A DNA stretch of 64,000 nt from Desulfosoma sp. (GCA_037481835.1 JBBFKW010000008.1:64001-128000); one strand, 5' to 3'. Numbered from the stretch's first letter, positions 1 to 9,133 are shown. Notes: a model not told the origin generated them from the letters alone. Numbers and translations are program-made.

Positions 1-1264
1 GGTTCAGCTCGAGCTCCTTCTGCATGGTGAACACACAGACCGCAATGGGCTTTTGGGCCTCGCCCATCAGGCGCCCGAGGCTTTGGACCAGTTGCCGGGA
101 TCCTTCCGCGTCGAAGATCCCTTGGTAGTTGTGGATGAAAAGCAGCCCGTCGATATCGGCTCGCGCCAGGGTTTGCCGGGCCAGCTTTTCGTAGAGCTCC
201 AGGTCGAACACATCGCCCAAGTCCATGGGGTTGTGAAACTGGATGACCCCGGCCCGGGCGTGGCTTTCCGCCATTTTGACGAGCTCTTCGGGAAAGGGGG
301 GCAGTTCGAAGCCGAACTCGTCCGCCGCATCGGCCGCCATGACCGCATGGCCTCCCGAACGGGAAATGACGGCAAGGCGGCCTCCGCGCATCCTGGGCAG
401 CAGAAAGCCCTTGATGGCTGTGAGGCCTTCGTTTTGGTCCGTGACGCGAAGAATGCCGCACTGGCGAAAGGCGGCATCGGTGACAGCATCGTCGGTTGCC
501 AGGGATGCGGAATGGGACCGGGCGATGACGGCTCCCGCTCCGCCTCGGTTGGACTTATGCACGACGATGGGTTTCGCCGCCCCGGCGGCGATTTCCATGA
601 GGCGCCGTCCCTGGGCAATGCCTTCCAGGTAGCCGAAGATGACGTCCGTTTGGGGGTCCTGGAGGTAATAGGCGAGAAGATCGTTTTCGTTCACATCGAG
701 CTTATTGCCGATGCTGGCGAATTTGGAAAAGCCGATCCCTTCGGCGGCGCAGTGGTTGATCATGGTGGCGCCCACGCCGCCGCTTTGGGAAAAGATGGAC
801 ACCCGCCCTGGAGGGGCTTCCGCCTTCATGGGCATGAACGGGACCGCGAGGCCCGTGTATCGGTTGATAATGCCGATGCAATTGGGACCGATCATGCGCA
901 TGCCGTAGCGGGCCAAGGCCTCCTGGATTTCTTTTTCCAGTTCGGCGCGGTCGTCCCCCAGTTCCCGAAACCCGGCCGATTCCACAACGATGCGCCGGAT
1001 GCCCTTCTCGCCGCACCGGCGGATGATGTCCGGAACCGCCCGCGCCGGCACCAGCACCGCGGCGAGATCAACCGTTTCGGGGAGATCCTCCACGGACCGG
1101 TAAATCCTGTGGCCCGCAAAGACTCCCCCCTTAGGCCCCACCAGGTCAATGACGCCCTGGTATTGGAATTCCATGAGGTTGAAAACAATGGCGCGCCCCA
1201 GATTCGTCGGCGAACTGGAAACCCCGATCACGGCCACACTCTTCGCATCGAAAAAGCGCTCCAT
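1..1264 (-). CDS. ADP-forming acetate/acyl-CoA ligase family protein (3' end outside the window)
   Basis: Hand translation from ATG at 1264: MERFFDAKSVAVIGVSSSPTNLGRAIVFNL…DLAAVLVPARAVP…IVVESAGFRELG, a typical CoA-binding domain. AAGGAGG RBS upstream. Missing from the ORF track because no stop lies in the window. Confidence 0.85.
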   Translation of the reverse strand, partial: MERFFDAKSVAVIGVSSSPTNLGRAIVFNLMEFQYQGVIDLVGPKGGVFAGHRIYRSVEDLPETVDLAAVLVPARAVPDIIRRCGEKGIRRIVVESAGFRELGDDRAELEKEIQEALARYGMRMIGPNCIGIINRYTGLAVPFMPMKAEAPPGRVSIFSQSGGVGATMINHCAAEGIGFSKFASIGNKLDVNENDLLAYYLQDPQTDVIFGYLEGIAQGRRLMEIAAGAAKPIVVHKSNRGGAGAVIARSHSASLATDDAVTDAAFRQCGILRVTDQNEGLTAIKGFLLPRMRGGRLAVISRSGGHAVMAADAADEFGFELPPFPEELVKMAESHARAGVIQFHNPMDLGDVFDLELYEKLARQTLARADIDGLLFIHNYQGIFDAEGSRQLVQSLGRLMGEAQKPIAVCVFTMQKELELN

Positions 1265-2072
1265 GCAGATCCCTCCTTGTCCACGCACCGTGGCGCAACC
1301 GCACCTCATCCGCAGCCTATCCGCTCCGCGTCCCGAAGCCCCCCTCCTCAAGCCCCGGGACGCCGCACCTCATTCGCCCCACACCATGCCACAAACCAGC
1401 CCGAACGGAAAGCCCCCCTCCGAGAACCAGCAAGGCCCATCGAAGTCTCTTTTGCCTTTAAAAACATCCCGCGGATTGAAATCCTTTAAAGTTCTTATTT
1501 TTGCGCGGACTCCGTGACGACTGCGGCGCCCCCTTGTGACGACAATCGGGCCCCGTGGTGAGCAAAAAAGGCACTCCAGTCGCTCCGGAGAGGCTCGTCC
1601 CCGCAGCCGTGACGGATCCGGTTTCTGATGACCTGGAATGGGTGAACGATTTCTACAGGCATATCATGATACGCCCCACTTGGCTGGCACCACAGAGGGA
1701 TTCCATGTTGGTGAATTATACGTGCGGAGGAGGGGCTGTATTTTCAAAGCAGCGCCGTTGGATCCGGCATCGACTGGCGGTAACCGTAACTGGGCGAACA
1801 TATGGGGGGAGGAATTCTCATTCCAGAGCGCACCGTGAGCCCGGCTTGCCGTAACAATCGGGAACCGATGCACGAAAGGAACGGATCCCCTCCGCCGCAC
1901 GGCTCTGCGCTCGAAGCGGGTCGATCAAGCTACAAGAGCGCCGCACCCACGGCAAGAATTTTTCCTTGCCCGAGGCTCGCCTCACGTGAGCGGGGTTGAA
2001 ATGAACCGATAATATGAACCATAATAAACAAAATGCGTTTCGACCCCTCGTCTTGATTCAAGGAGGAGAGCC

Positions 2073-3056
2073 ATGGCGAAGAAAATGCTTGTTGCCGCGA
2101 CGGTCTGGATCCTCGTGTTCGGCCTGTGTTCGATCGTGCAGGCGCAGGTCATGCCTCTCCCCACGGCCCAACAGGGTTTCAGTTATCCTCCCACCGCAAA
2201 TCCCGTGCTCAATGTCGATCCCTCCGTAGCCCGACCAATCGGCGTCGGGCCCGTTGCGGAAGGAGGCAGCGTCGTTCGGCTCCGGGTGGCCCTTCCCGCC
2301 TTCAGCGCCCCGGTGGACCTCTACTTTGGGGTCATGGCGCCGGCCTTGGATCCCATTCATTTGTACCTGTTGAAACCCGACGGGCAACTCGCTGTTTTCC
2401 AATCGGAACTCATCCCCTGGAAATCGGGGGTCACCCAGCCTGTAGATGAATTCCTTTTCGGGGACATCCCCACCTCGGCGCTCCCACCGGGTCAATACCA
2501 CTGCTATCTTCTGGCAAGCCCCGCGGGAAATCTTTCCCTCTATGACCTCTGGCATACCTATTTCGTGATTAAAGATGCCGCCGGGGGATGCGGAAGTTAC
2601 AACGGCCCCAGGTCCTTTTCCATGACCTTCGACCACTTGGCTCTGGTGAATCAGTATGCATATACGCAAGAAATTCGCATCACCGGCGTCGTTCCCTTTT
2701 CCCTTGGGGAGGACAATACATTGTCAGGGAGCGGCACCCTCCAAATCAGCACCCAGGGGGCATGGCCCGAGGCGACTTTCAGCGGCTCGGGAACCGTGGA
2801 CGAAAGGCTCGGCGGGAGACTCTTTTTCGACGAAAATTGCCAGGCGATCCTGGAAGTCGTTTTCGATGAGCAATTTCATCCATTCCCCGTGACCTATAAT
2901 ATCGGCGGAGTAGTGACTGTGGTCACGTATCCATTGGATTCTCATAACACATACACTCAATACTTCCATGTCATCGACGGGGCGACGGTTTCTGGGCCGC
3001 CGGTTTTCGGGGCCATGGAAGGCAGCTTTAATTATATTCTGCACATCGGCCCTTGA
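2073..3056 (+). CDS. Secreted hypothetical protein, probably two domains
   Basis: 327 aa, AGGAGGAG RBS, signal peptide MAKKMLVAATVWILVFGLCSIVQA. Confidence 0.75.
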   Translation: MAKKMLVAATVWILVFGLCSIVQAQVMPLPTAQQGFSYPPTANPVLNVDPSVARPIGVGPVAEGGSVVRLRVALPAFSAPVDLYFGVMAPALDPIHLYLLKPDGQLAVFQSELIPWKSGVTQPVDEFLFGDIPTSALPPGQYHCYLLASPAGNLSLYDLWHTYFVIKDAAGGCGSYNGPRSFSMTFDHLALVNQYAYTQEIRITGVVPFSLGEDNTLSGSGTLQISTQGAWPEATFSGSGTVDERLGGRLFFDENCQAILEVVFDEQFHPFPVTYNIGGVVTVVTYPLDSHNTYTQYFHVIDGATVSGPPVFGAMEGSFNYILHIGP

Positions 3057-3103
3057 ACCTGCGAAACGCCCATGGGCAATCCCCAAGTTCCCGCATCGGG
3101 TGC

Positions 3104-3132
3104 TTGACAACCAGAGGTCATGTGGATAAAAG
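3104..3132 (+). promoter_or_regulatory. Putative sigma70 promoter of fabD
   Basis: TTGACA-N17-TAAAAG about 50 bp upstream of the ATG. Confidence 0.4.
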
Positions 3133-3180
3133 CGGCGGCACGGATTCCAACCATCACCGTCACGAGAAAGAGCCGCCGCT

Positions 3181-4107
3181 ATGAAAAGATGGGTCTTTTT
3201 GTTTCCCGGCCAAGGGTCCCAGTATGTGGGCATGGGCAAGGACTTGTATGAGAACTATCCGAAAGTTCGGGAACTGTTCCACCGTGCCGACGATATTCTC
3301 GGCATGGGGATCACCAAGCTCTGCTTCGAAGGGCCCGAAGACGTCCTGACCCAGACGCAAAACGTCCAGCCGGCCATCACGGTGGCCAACCTGGCGTGCC
3401 TCACGGTCTTGGCCCATCACGAAATCTTCCCGGTGGCGGCCGCCGGGCACAGCCTGGGCGAATACAGCGCCCTGTACGCCGCCGGTGTCTTGTCGCTGGA
3501 AGACACTTTGAAACTCGTCCGATGGCGCGGGCTCTATATGCACGAGGCATCCTTGGAGACGCCCGGGGCCATGGCCGCCGTCATGGACATGCCGGAAGAG
3601 AGGCTTCAAAACATCTGCCGGCTGTGCGATGTGGAAATCGCCAACATTAACAGCCCGGACCAGGTCATCATCACGGGACCCGTGGACGCCGTCGACAGGG
3701 CTTTGGAAGCCAGCGCCGCCGAAGGGGCCAAGAAATGCGTGAAGCTTAATGTGAGTGGCCCGTGGCATAGTCGGTGCCTGGAATCGGCCCGACAGAAGTT
3801 CGAACCCCATGTGCGGGCCGCAGCTTTTTCCGACCCGAGAATCCCCATCGTCAACAATGTGGACGCCAAGCCCCTCAAAAACGCCGCCGAAGCCCCGGAA
3901 AAGCTTGTTCGGCAAATCTGCGGCGCCGTCTTGTGGAAGCAATCCATGGAGTGGTTTTTGGCCAACGGCTATGATCACTTTGTGGAAGTGGGACCCAAAA
4001 AGGTCCTCCGGGGGCTCATGCGGCGTATCGACCGGAAAGTCATCATCCACAACGTGGAAGATGCCGCAACCCTGGCCTCATTCCTCCAGGCCAACGGCTC
4101 CGACTAG
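3181..4107 (+). CDS. fabD: Malonyl-CoA:ACP transacylase
   Basis: FPGQGSQ, GHSLGEYSAL, NINSPDQVII, VSGPWHS and EVGP motifs. Confidence 0.95.
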   Translation: MKRWVFLFPGQGSQYVGMGKDLYENYPKVRELFHRADDILGMGITKLCFEGPEDVLTQTQNVQPAITVANLACLTVLAHHEIFPVAAAGHSLGEYSALYAAGVLSLEDTLKLVRWRGLYMHEASLETPGAMAAVMDMPEERLQNICRLCDVEIANINSPDQVIITGPVDAVDRALEASAAEGAKKCVKLNVSGPWHSRCLESARQKFEPHVRAAAFSDPRIPIVNNVDAKPLKNAAEAPEKLVRQICGAVLWKQSMEWFLANGYDHFVEVGPKKVLRGLMRRIDRKVIIHNVEDAATLASFLQANGSD

Positions 4108-4229
4108 GAGGCTGTCTAAGAACGAACCCGAAGGCCTCTTGTCCTGGGAGCGCGGGCCTCCGGCCCGCACGAGAAGCGGGCGAGACGCCCGCGCTCCCAG
4201 GAATATGCCATTCTCGGACAGCCTCCTAG
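4104..4229. mobile_element. MITE-like element (118 bp) flanked by CTAG, with an internal REP-like palindrome
   Basis: CTAG-gaggctgtctaagaa (4104-4122) and ttctcggacagcctc-CTAG (4211-4229), terminal inverted repeats 13/15 identical. Internal perfect 16-bp inverted repeat at 4142-4157/4187-4202. Confidence 0.7.
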
Positions 4230-4269
4230 GGCTTTCCCGTGGCTCCCTATGGTTTGCATCATCCGGCGT

Positions 4270-6429
4270 TCACTCATGGGTCTCTTGATACAGGACTTGT
4301 ACGGCTTGGTGGATGACGGTTTCCGGGACGGCGGTGCGTCTTTCGACGCGGCCGATACCCTGTGGGACGATCCACACGAGTCCTGAGGCGCCTTTCTTCT
4401 TGTCGTGGTGGATGTGGCGAAGCAGCCCTTGGGAATCGGCCGCAAGGGGCGTCGTCAGCGGCAGGTGATAGGCCCGCAGGACGCGATCCATCCGCGCCGC
4501 CAGTTCCGGATCCGTTACCCCCAAAAGGATCCCCATTCGGACGGCCACCCTCATCCCGAGGGCCACCGCATGACCGTGGGGAAGCGTGTAGCCGCTCAGG
4601 GCTTCCAGGCCGTGACCCGTAGTGTGCCCCAGATTCAGCAGTTGGCGCAGCCCGAAATCCTTTTCGTCGGCCGCCACGTAACGGCCTTTCAAGGCAAGGC
4701 TTCGAGAGACGAGATTCTGCGCCATGGAAAGCGGCAGCGGGAAGGACACCCCTTTCGGGCCGCAGGCATCGGCATGGGCTTCCAGGGTTTCCATGAGGCC
4801 GCCGTCGTCTAGGAGGGCGTACTTGATCACTTCGGCCATGCCGTTTTGCCATTCCGCATCGGGCAGTGTCTGGAGAAACACGGGATCCACCAGAACGGCC
4901 TGGGGGTGATGGAACGTGCCGATGAGGTTTTTCCCTTCCTCGAGATCCACCCCCGTTTTTCCTCCGAGGCAGCTGTCCACCTGGGCCAAAAGCGTTGTGG
5001 GCACCTGGACCAGGGGAACGCCCCGCATGAAGATGGAGGCGAGAAAACCGATGACATCCCCCGTGACCCCGCCTCCCACGGCGACAAAGACGCTGCCGCG
5101 GTCCGCGCCGTGCCTCAGGGCAATCCGGGCGAGTTCTTCCACCGTCTGGAGGCGCTTTTTGTCTTCACAGGCGTCCCATTCGATCCATGCCTCGGAAAAC
5201 TGCTCGCGGCCCAAGGTGTCCCCCCACAGGGACGCCACCTTCCGGTCCACGAAGAAGTAGGGGCGGCGTTCCGGGACATGGTCCCGCAGCCATGAGCGAA
5301 GGGACTTGGCCCCATGAGGTTCCAAGGTGACGGCAGGGGGAAGGCACAGAGCCCAAGAGGGCCCCTCGTGAATTTTCATTGTCGTCGCCTGGGAGACCGC
5401 AGCGTGCGGTGACCGGGGCGCGGCGTCCCCCGTCCCGACGGCGTCCTCCATCGAAGTTTCAGCGTGCCCTGACAAAGCAGAAGCCGGAGAATTATCCTCT
5501 TGGTGGGCCGGGGCTTCGCGGCCTTTACCGTCCCCGGCGTTCGGCAGACTGTGCCCGTGGTTGTTGGCGTTGTGGTGCCAAGTGAGGAGTCTGTTCGTTT
5601 CTTCCAGGGCCTGGAGGCAGAAGTCCCCGAAATGGGACCGGGTTTTTTCGAAGGCCTCAAGGAAGTCCTGCCACCGGCCGTGTTCCACGGCATCGGCGGT
5701 TTCGGAAAACACGCGGCGAAGCACCCGAAGCGCTTCATTCTTATAGGGGTTTTCCATGGCGATGGCCGCATAGAGGGCCGGATCCTGGGCGAACAGCCTT
5801 CCGATGAGGTCCAATTCCAACCGGTAGATGGGGCTCGTATACCGCAGGCTTTCCGCGGCGTCGATCCCCAGGTCCCTGAGACAATGCCCCAAGACCACCG
5901 TCGTCACGTGGGGGATAAGCTGGATGACGGTCATCATGCGGTCGTGTTCTTCCGCCGAACACACGTGAATCTTGAGACCCGCGCGGCGAAGCACATCCAT
6001 GAGCCATTCCCGGGGACCGTCGGCCACCCGGCCCGGGCACACGATCATGGTCTGGCCGACGAAATCCTTGACATAAGGCCCATACATGGGATGGAGGCCC
6101 ATGTACCATGCGGCGGATCCTTCCATGGCTTTCAGGGGCGGCACTTTCAAAGAGCAAATGTCCACGACCAACTGGCCCGATCGAAACCGCGGGGCCAGGC
6201 TTTCCAATATACGGAAAGCTTTGTGGAGCGGCACGCTGACGAGGACGGCATCCGACCGATCGATGACGTCTTCGTTGCTAAGCGGCGTGGCCACATCGGA
6301 TATAGCGACCGGGTATCCATGGTCCTCGAAGAACCGATGAAAGAGCTTGCCCATGGCGCCCAGGCCGCCGATGATCCCGATGCGGGGTTTGTCCTTCCAG
6401 TGACTAAAATCCGACACGCTTTCCGTCAT
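4270..6429 (-). CDS. tyrA-aroB: Fused prephenate dehydrogenase (TyrA) and 3-dehydroquinate synthase (AroB)
   Basis: N-terminal IGIIGGLGAMG, GLHPMYGP, EEHDRMM. C-terminal GGGVTGD, VPTTLLAQVDS, GGKTG, EVIKY, LNLGHTTGH, HGHAV. One continuous 719-aa ORF. Confidence 0.85.
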   Translation of the reverse strand: MTESVSDFSHWKDKPRIGIIGGLGAMGKLFHRFFEDHGYPVAISDVATPLSNEDVIDRSDAVLVSVPLHKAFRILESLAPRFRSGQLVVDICSLKVPPLKAMEGSAAWYMGLHPMYGPYVKDFVGQTMIVCPGRVADGPREWLMDVLRRAGLKIHVCSAEEHDRMMTVIQLIPHVTTVVLGHCLRDLGIDAAESLRYTSPIYRLELDLIGRLFAQDPALYAAIAMENPYKNEALRVLRRVFSETADAVEHGRWQDFLEAFEKTRSHFGDFCLQALEETNRLLTWHHNANNHGHSLPNAGDGKGREAPAHQEDNSPASALSGHAETSMEDAVGTGDAAPRSPHAAVSQATTMKIHEGPSWALCLPPAVTLEPHGAKSLRSWLRDHVPERRPYFFVDRKVASLWGDTLGREQFSEAWIEWDACEDKKRLQTVEELARIALRHGADRGSVFVAVGGGVTGDVIGFLASIFMRGVPLVQVPTTLLAQVDSCLGGKTGVDLEEGKNLIGTFHHPQAVLVDPVFLQTLPDAEWQNGMAEVIKYALLDDGGLMETLEAHADACGPKGVSFPLPLSMAQNLVSRSLALKGRYVAADEKDFGLRQLLNLGHTTGHGLEALSGYTLPHGHAVALGMRVAVRMGILLGVTDPELAARMDRVLRAYHLPLTTPLAADSQGLLRHIHHDKKKGASGLVWIVPQGIGRVERRTAVPETVIHQAVQVLYQETHE

Positions 6430-6489
6430 GGTTCCTCCATACGCCGTCGTTCCTCGCGCCTTCCGGTTTCAAGGCTTCTTGCCCCTCCT

Positions 6490-7563
6490 TCACGAGGCCC
6501 CGGCCGCCGCCTTGGCCGTATCGTCCCGGCCTTTGCGATGGGTCCTGAGGATGGTTCGCCCCACGGCTTGGGCCACGGGCTCGAGCCGATCCAGGAGGTT
6601 CGCCATGGCTTCGGGCGTCAGGGATTGGGATCCGTCACTCAGAGCCTCGTGGGGCCGCACATGCACTTCCAGCATGAGCCCGTCGGCGCCGGCGGCCACG
6701 GCCGCACAGGCCATGGCGGGAATGAGGTCCGTGCGACCCAGGGCGTGGCTGGGATCCACGATGACCGGCAGGTGGGTGAGTTTTTTCAGCAAAGGCACGG
6801 CGCTGAGGTCCAAAGTGTTTCGCGTTTCCGTCTCAAAGGTGCGGATGCCGCGTTCGCAGAGGATCACCTTCTCGTTGCCGTGGCTCACGATGTATTCGGC
6901 CGACATGAGGAACTCTTTGATGGTGGCCGACATGCCGCGTTTGAGGATCACCGGCTTGTCCACCTGCCCCACTTCGGTCAAGAGTTTGAAGTTTTGCATG
7001 TTGCGCGTGCCGATTTGGAGCACGTCGGCGTATTTGTAGACCAGAAGCAGGTCTCGGGCGTCCATGACCTCCGTGACCACCGGCATGCCGGTGCGGCTGC
7101 GCACGTCGCTCATGAATTTCAGGGCCAGTTCCCCAAGCCCCTGGAAGCTGTACGGGGATGTGCGGGGTTTGAAGGCGCCGCCCCGCAGCATGGGAATGCC
7201 CAGGGCGTGGAGAGCGTCCGCGATTTCATCAAGAACCTCCCTGCCCTCCACAGCGCACGGGCCGGCGATGATGGGAATGGAGCGACCGCCCAGTTCCACG
7301 TGGGCGCCGATGGAAATGGTCGTGTTTTCTTCCTTGAACTCGCGGCTCACGAGTTTGTACGGCTGCAGGATGGGATGTGCCGCTTCCACGCCCGGAAAGC
7401 TTGCAAAAGGAATCTCCTGGATGAGGTCCCTTTCGCCGATGATTCCCACGATGGTGCGGCGTTCGCCCCGGGAAAGATGGGTGCGCAACCCCATCTTTTC
7501 CACTCGAGCCACCAGTTGCCTCAGTTCTTCGTCCGTGTGTTCGGGTTTCATGACAACAATCAT
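6490..7563 (-). CDS. aroF: DAHP synthase, type I-beta, with N-terminal regulatory domain
   Basis: IAGPCAVE, GGAFKPRTSPYSFQG, QIGTRNMQN, CERGIR and DPSH motifs; MIVVMK N-terminal domain. Confidence 0.93.
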   Translation of the reverse strand: MIVVMKPEHTDEELRQLVARVEKMGLRTHLSRGERRTIVGIIGERDLIQEIPFASFPGVEAAHPILQPYKLVSREFKEENTTISIGAHVELGGRSIPIIAGPCAVEGREVLDEIADALHALGIPMLRGGAFKPRTSPYSFQGLGELALKFMSDVRSRTGMPVVTEVMDARDLLLVYKYADVLQIGTRNMQNFKLLTEVGQVDKPVILKRGMSATIKEFLMSAEYIVSHGNEKVILCERGIRTFETETRNTLDLSAVPLLKKLTHLPVIVDPSHALGRTDLIPAMACAAVAAGADGLMLEVHVRPHEALSDGSQSLTPEAMANLLDRLEPVAQAVGRTILRTHRKGRDDTAKAAAGAS

Positions 7564-7649
7564 GGCAGGTCCTCCTTGCCTTGTGTCTGAGGAAAACGCG
7601 CGTGTTTCCCTCTTTGTTTAAGTTATCGGCACGGTCGTGCCGAACCTCC

Positions 7650-7685
7650 AAAACACAAAAGGCCGTGAGCTTGTGCCCACGGCCT
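7650..7685 (-). terminator. Second (downstream) terminator-like hairpin of the aroF leader
   Basis: Minus strand AGGCCGTGGGC-acaa-GCTCACGGCCT followed by TTTGTGTTTT. Confidence 0.65.
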
Positions 7686-7697
7686 GGCAAGGTCCAT

Positions 7698-7735
7698 AAA
7701 AAAGGCCGTGGGCTTTTGGGGTCAGCCCACGGCCT
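7698..7735 (-). terminator. Attenuator terminator hairpin of the aroF leader
   Basis: Minus strand AGGCCGTGGGCT-gaccccaaa-AGCCCACGGCCT-TTTTT, a perfect 12-bp stem with a U tract. Confidence 0.85.
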
Positions 7736-7765
7736 CGGTGCCGGCGTCCAAGGACTTCGGACGGC

Positions 7766-7852
7766 TCAGCGCGGTGGTCGGCCGACCCCATCGGGGCCGT
7801 AATACCACCCATAATAAAAGTAAAAGCGCCGAGCCGTTCCCTTGATGCTCAT
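7766..7852 (-). CDS. Aromatic-amino-acid attenuation leader peptide MSIKGTARRFYFYYGWYYGPDGVGRPPR
   Basis: Hand translation, 28 aa. Eight of nine consecutive codons are aromatic (2 Phe, 5 Tyr, 1 Trp). GAAAGGA RBS. Lies between a promoter and the terminators upstream of aroF. Confidence 0.85.
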   Translation of the reverse strand: MSIKGTARRFYFYYGWYYGPDGVGRPPR

Positions 7853-7906
7853 CGTCCGTCCTTTCAGGTGGACCATCACGCCCTGCGTACTCTTGGCAGG
7901 TGATCC

Positions 7907-7936
7907 CTTATAGAGGAGCTCATCGGGGGATGTCAA
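7907..7936 (-). promoter_or_regulatory. Putative sigma70 promoter of the aroF leader/operon
   Basis: Minus strand TTGACA (7936-7931)-N18-TATAAG (7912-7907). Confidence 0.55.
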
Positions 7937-8006
7937 GAGCCTTGGTGCATTTTTTTCGGCACTGCGGGGAGGGGGTCGTCGTGCGCGCTCTCTTTAGAAC
8001 TTTTCC

Positions 8007-8035
8007 TTGACAAGCCGAGGGGGATTGCCTATAGG
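8007..8035 (+). promoter_or_regulatory. Putative sigma70 promoter of rplM-rpsI
   Basis: TTGACA-N17-TATAGG. Confidence 0.5.
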
Positions 8036-8083
8036 ACTGAGCTTCGAGTCGGTCACCAGTGGCGGTTTAATGGAGATATACGC

Positions 8084-8539
8084 ATGAAAACGACCAGTGC
8101 CAAGTTTGATGCCAACGGAAGAAAGTGGATCGTGGTGGACGCCGAAGGTCAGGTTCTCGGCCGGTTGGCCAGCGAAATCGCCGTGAGGCTTCGGGGCAAA
8201 CATCTGCCCACCTTTTCCCCCCATCTGGATACGGGCGATTTCGTAGTGGTCATCAACGCCGAAAAAGTTCGTCTCACCGGCCGCAAGTGGGACCAGAAAA
8301 AATACTATCGCCATTCGGGCTACCCCGGAGGGCTCAAGGTCACCACGGCGAAGAAACTCAATCAGGAACACCCCGAGCGGCTCATTGAATTCGCCGTGCG
8401 CGGCATGCTCCCCAAGAATCGACTGGGCCGCAAGCTCCTCAAGAAGCTCAAGGTCTACAGCGGGGCCGAGCATCCTCATGAAGCCCAGCAGCCCACCCCG
8501 TTGAAACTCGGCGGCCGGGCGCCGGTAAAGGAGTCGTAA
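8084..8539 (+). CDS. rplM: 50S ribosomal protein L13
   Basis: [47 protein letters not shown]. Confidence 0.98.
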   Translation: MKTTSAKFDANGRKWIVVDAEGQVLGRLASEIAVRLRGKHLPTFSPHLDTGDFVVVINAEKVRLTGRKWDQKKYYRHSGYPGGLKVTTAKKLNQEHPERLIEFAVRGMLPKNRLGRKLLKKLKVYSGAEHPHEAQQPTPLKLGGRAPVKES

Positions 8540-8540
8540 C

Positions 8541-8933
8541 ATGGCGGAACAAAGCTTTTATGCCACGGGAAAGCGCAAGTCGGCGGTAGCCCGGGTATGG
8601 CTTAAGCCGGGCACGGGTCGCGTGATCATCAACAACAAGCCCATCGATGAATACATCGTTCGGGAAACGAGCAAAATGCTCATCCATCAGCCGCTCATGC
8701 TCACCGGCACTTTCGGCAAGCTGGACGTATACGTCAACGTGAGCGGCGGGGGGCTGAGCGGCCAAGCCGGCGCCATCAAGCACGGCATTTCCAAGGCCCT
8801 GATGGAATTCAACCCCGAGTTCCGCCAGGTTCTTAAGCGCGCCGGATTCATCACCCGAGATTCCCGCGTGAAGGAACGGAAAAAATACGGGCAGCGCGGC
8901 GCACGAGCTCGGTTCCAGTATTCCAAACGCTAG
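8541..8933 (+). CDS. rpsI: 30S ribosomal protein S9
   Basis: [36 protein letters not shown]…QYSKR. Confidence 0.98.
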   Translation: MAEQSFYATGKRKSAVARVWLKPGTGRVIINNKPIDEYIVRETSKMLIHQPLMLTGTFGKLDVYVNVSGGGLSGQAGAIKHGISKALMEFNPEFRQVLKRAGFITRDSRVKERKKYGQRGARARFQYSKR

Positions 8934-9133
8934 GAGTTCATCCGGGAAAGGATGCGCCTCGGGAGCGTGCTCCTGCCGCACGGTATCGCTGGGCGGGTCG
9001 GAGGTTCAAGCTCCCGGGAAATCACGGACCGGCCGACCTTTTTCATACCGGGAAGGAAACCTTTCAGGGGCTCTCGCCGACGGCGCGGGCCCCTGAACTT
9101 TGTTCGGGCTGTGCCGTCGAAAGGAAGACTGTC

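Noticed and set aside
53..1489. 478-aa plus-strand ORF
   Set aside because: Antisense shadow of the minus-strand acyl-CoA ligase. The same applies to other long shadows such as 5500-7590, 28213-29754 and 49378-51441.
1555..1999. Short ORFs in the first intergenic region
   Set aside because: They overlap in several frames, with no clear RBS or recognisable motif.
8993..9018. tRNA T-arm-like ggtcggaggttcaagctcc after rpsI
   Set aside because: The T-loop geometry is wrong and no acceptor, D or anticodon arms can be built.
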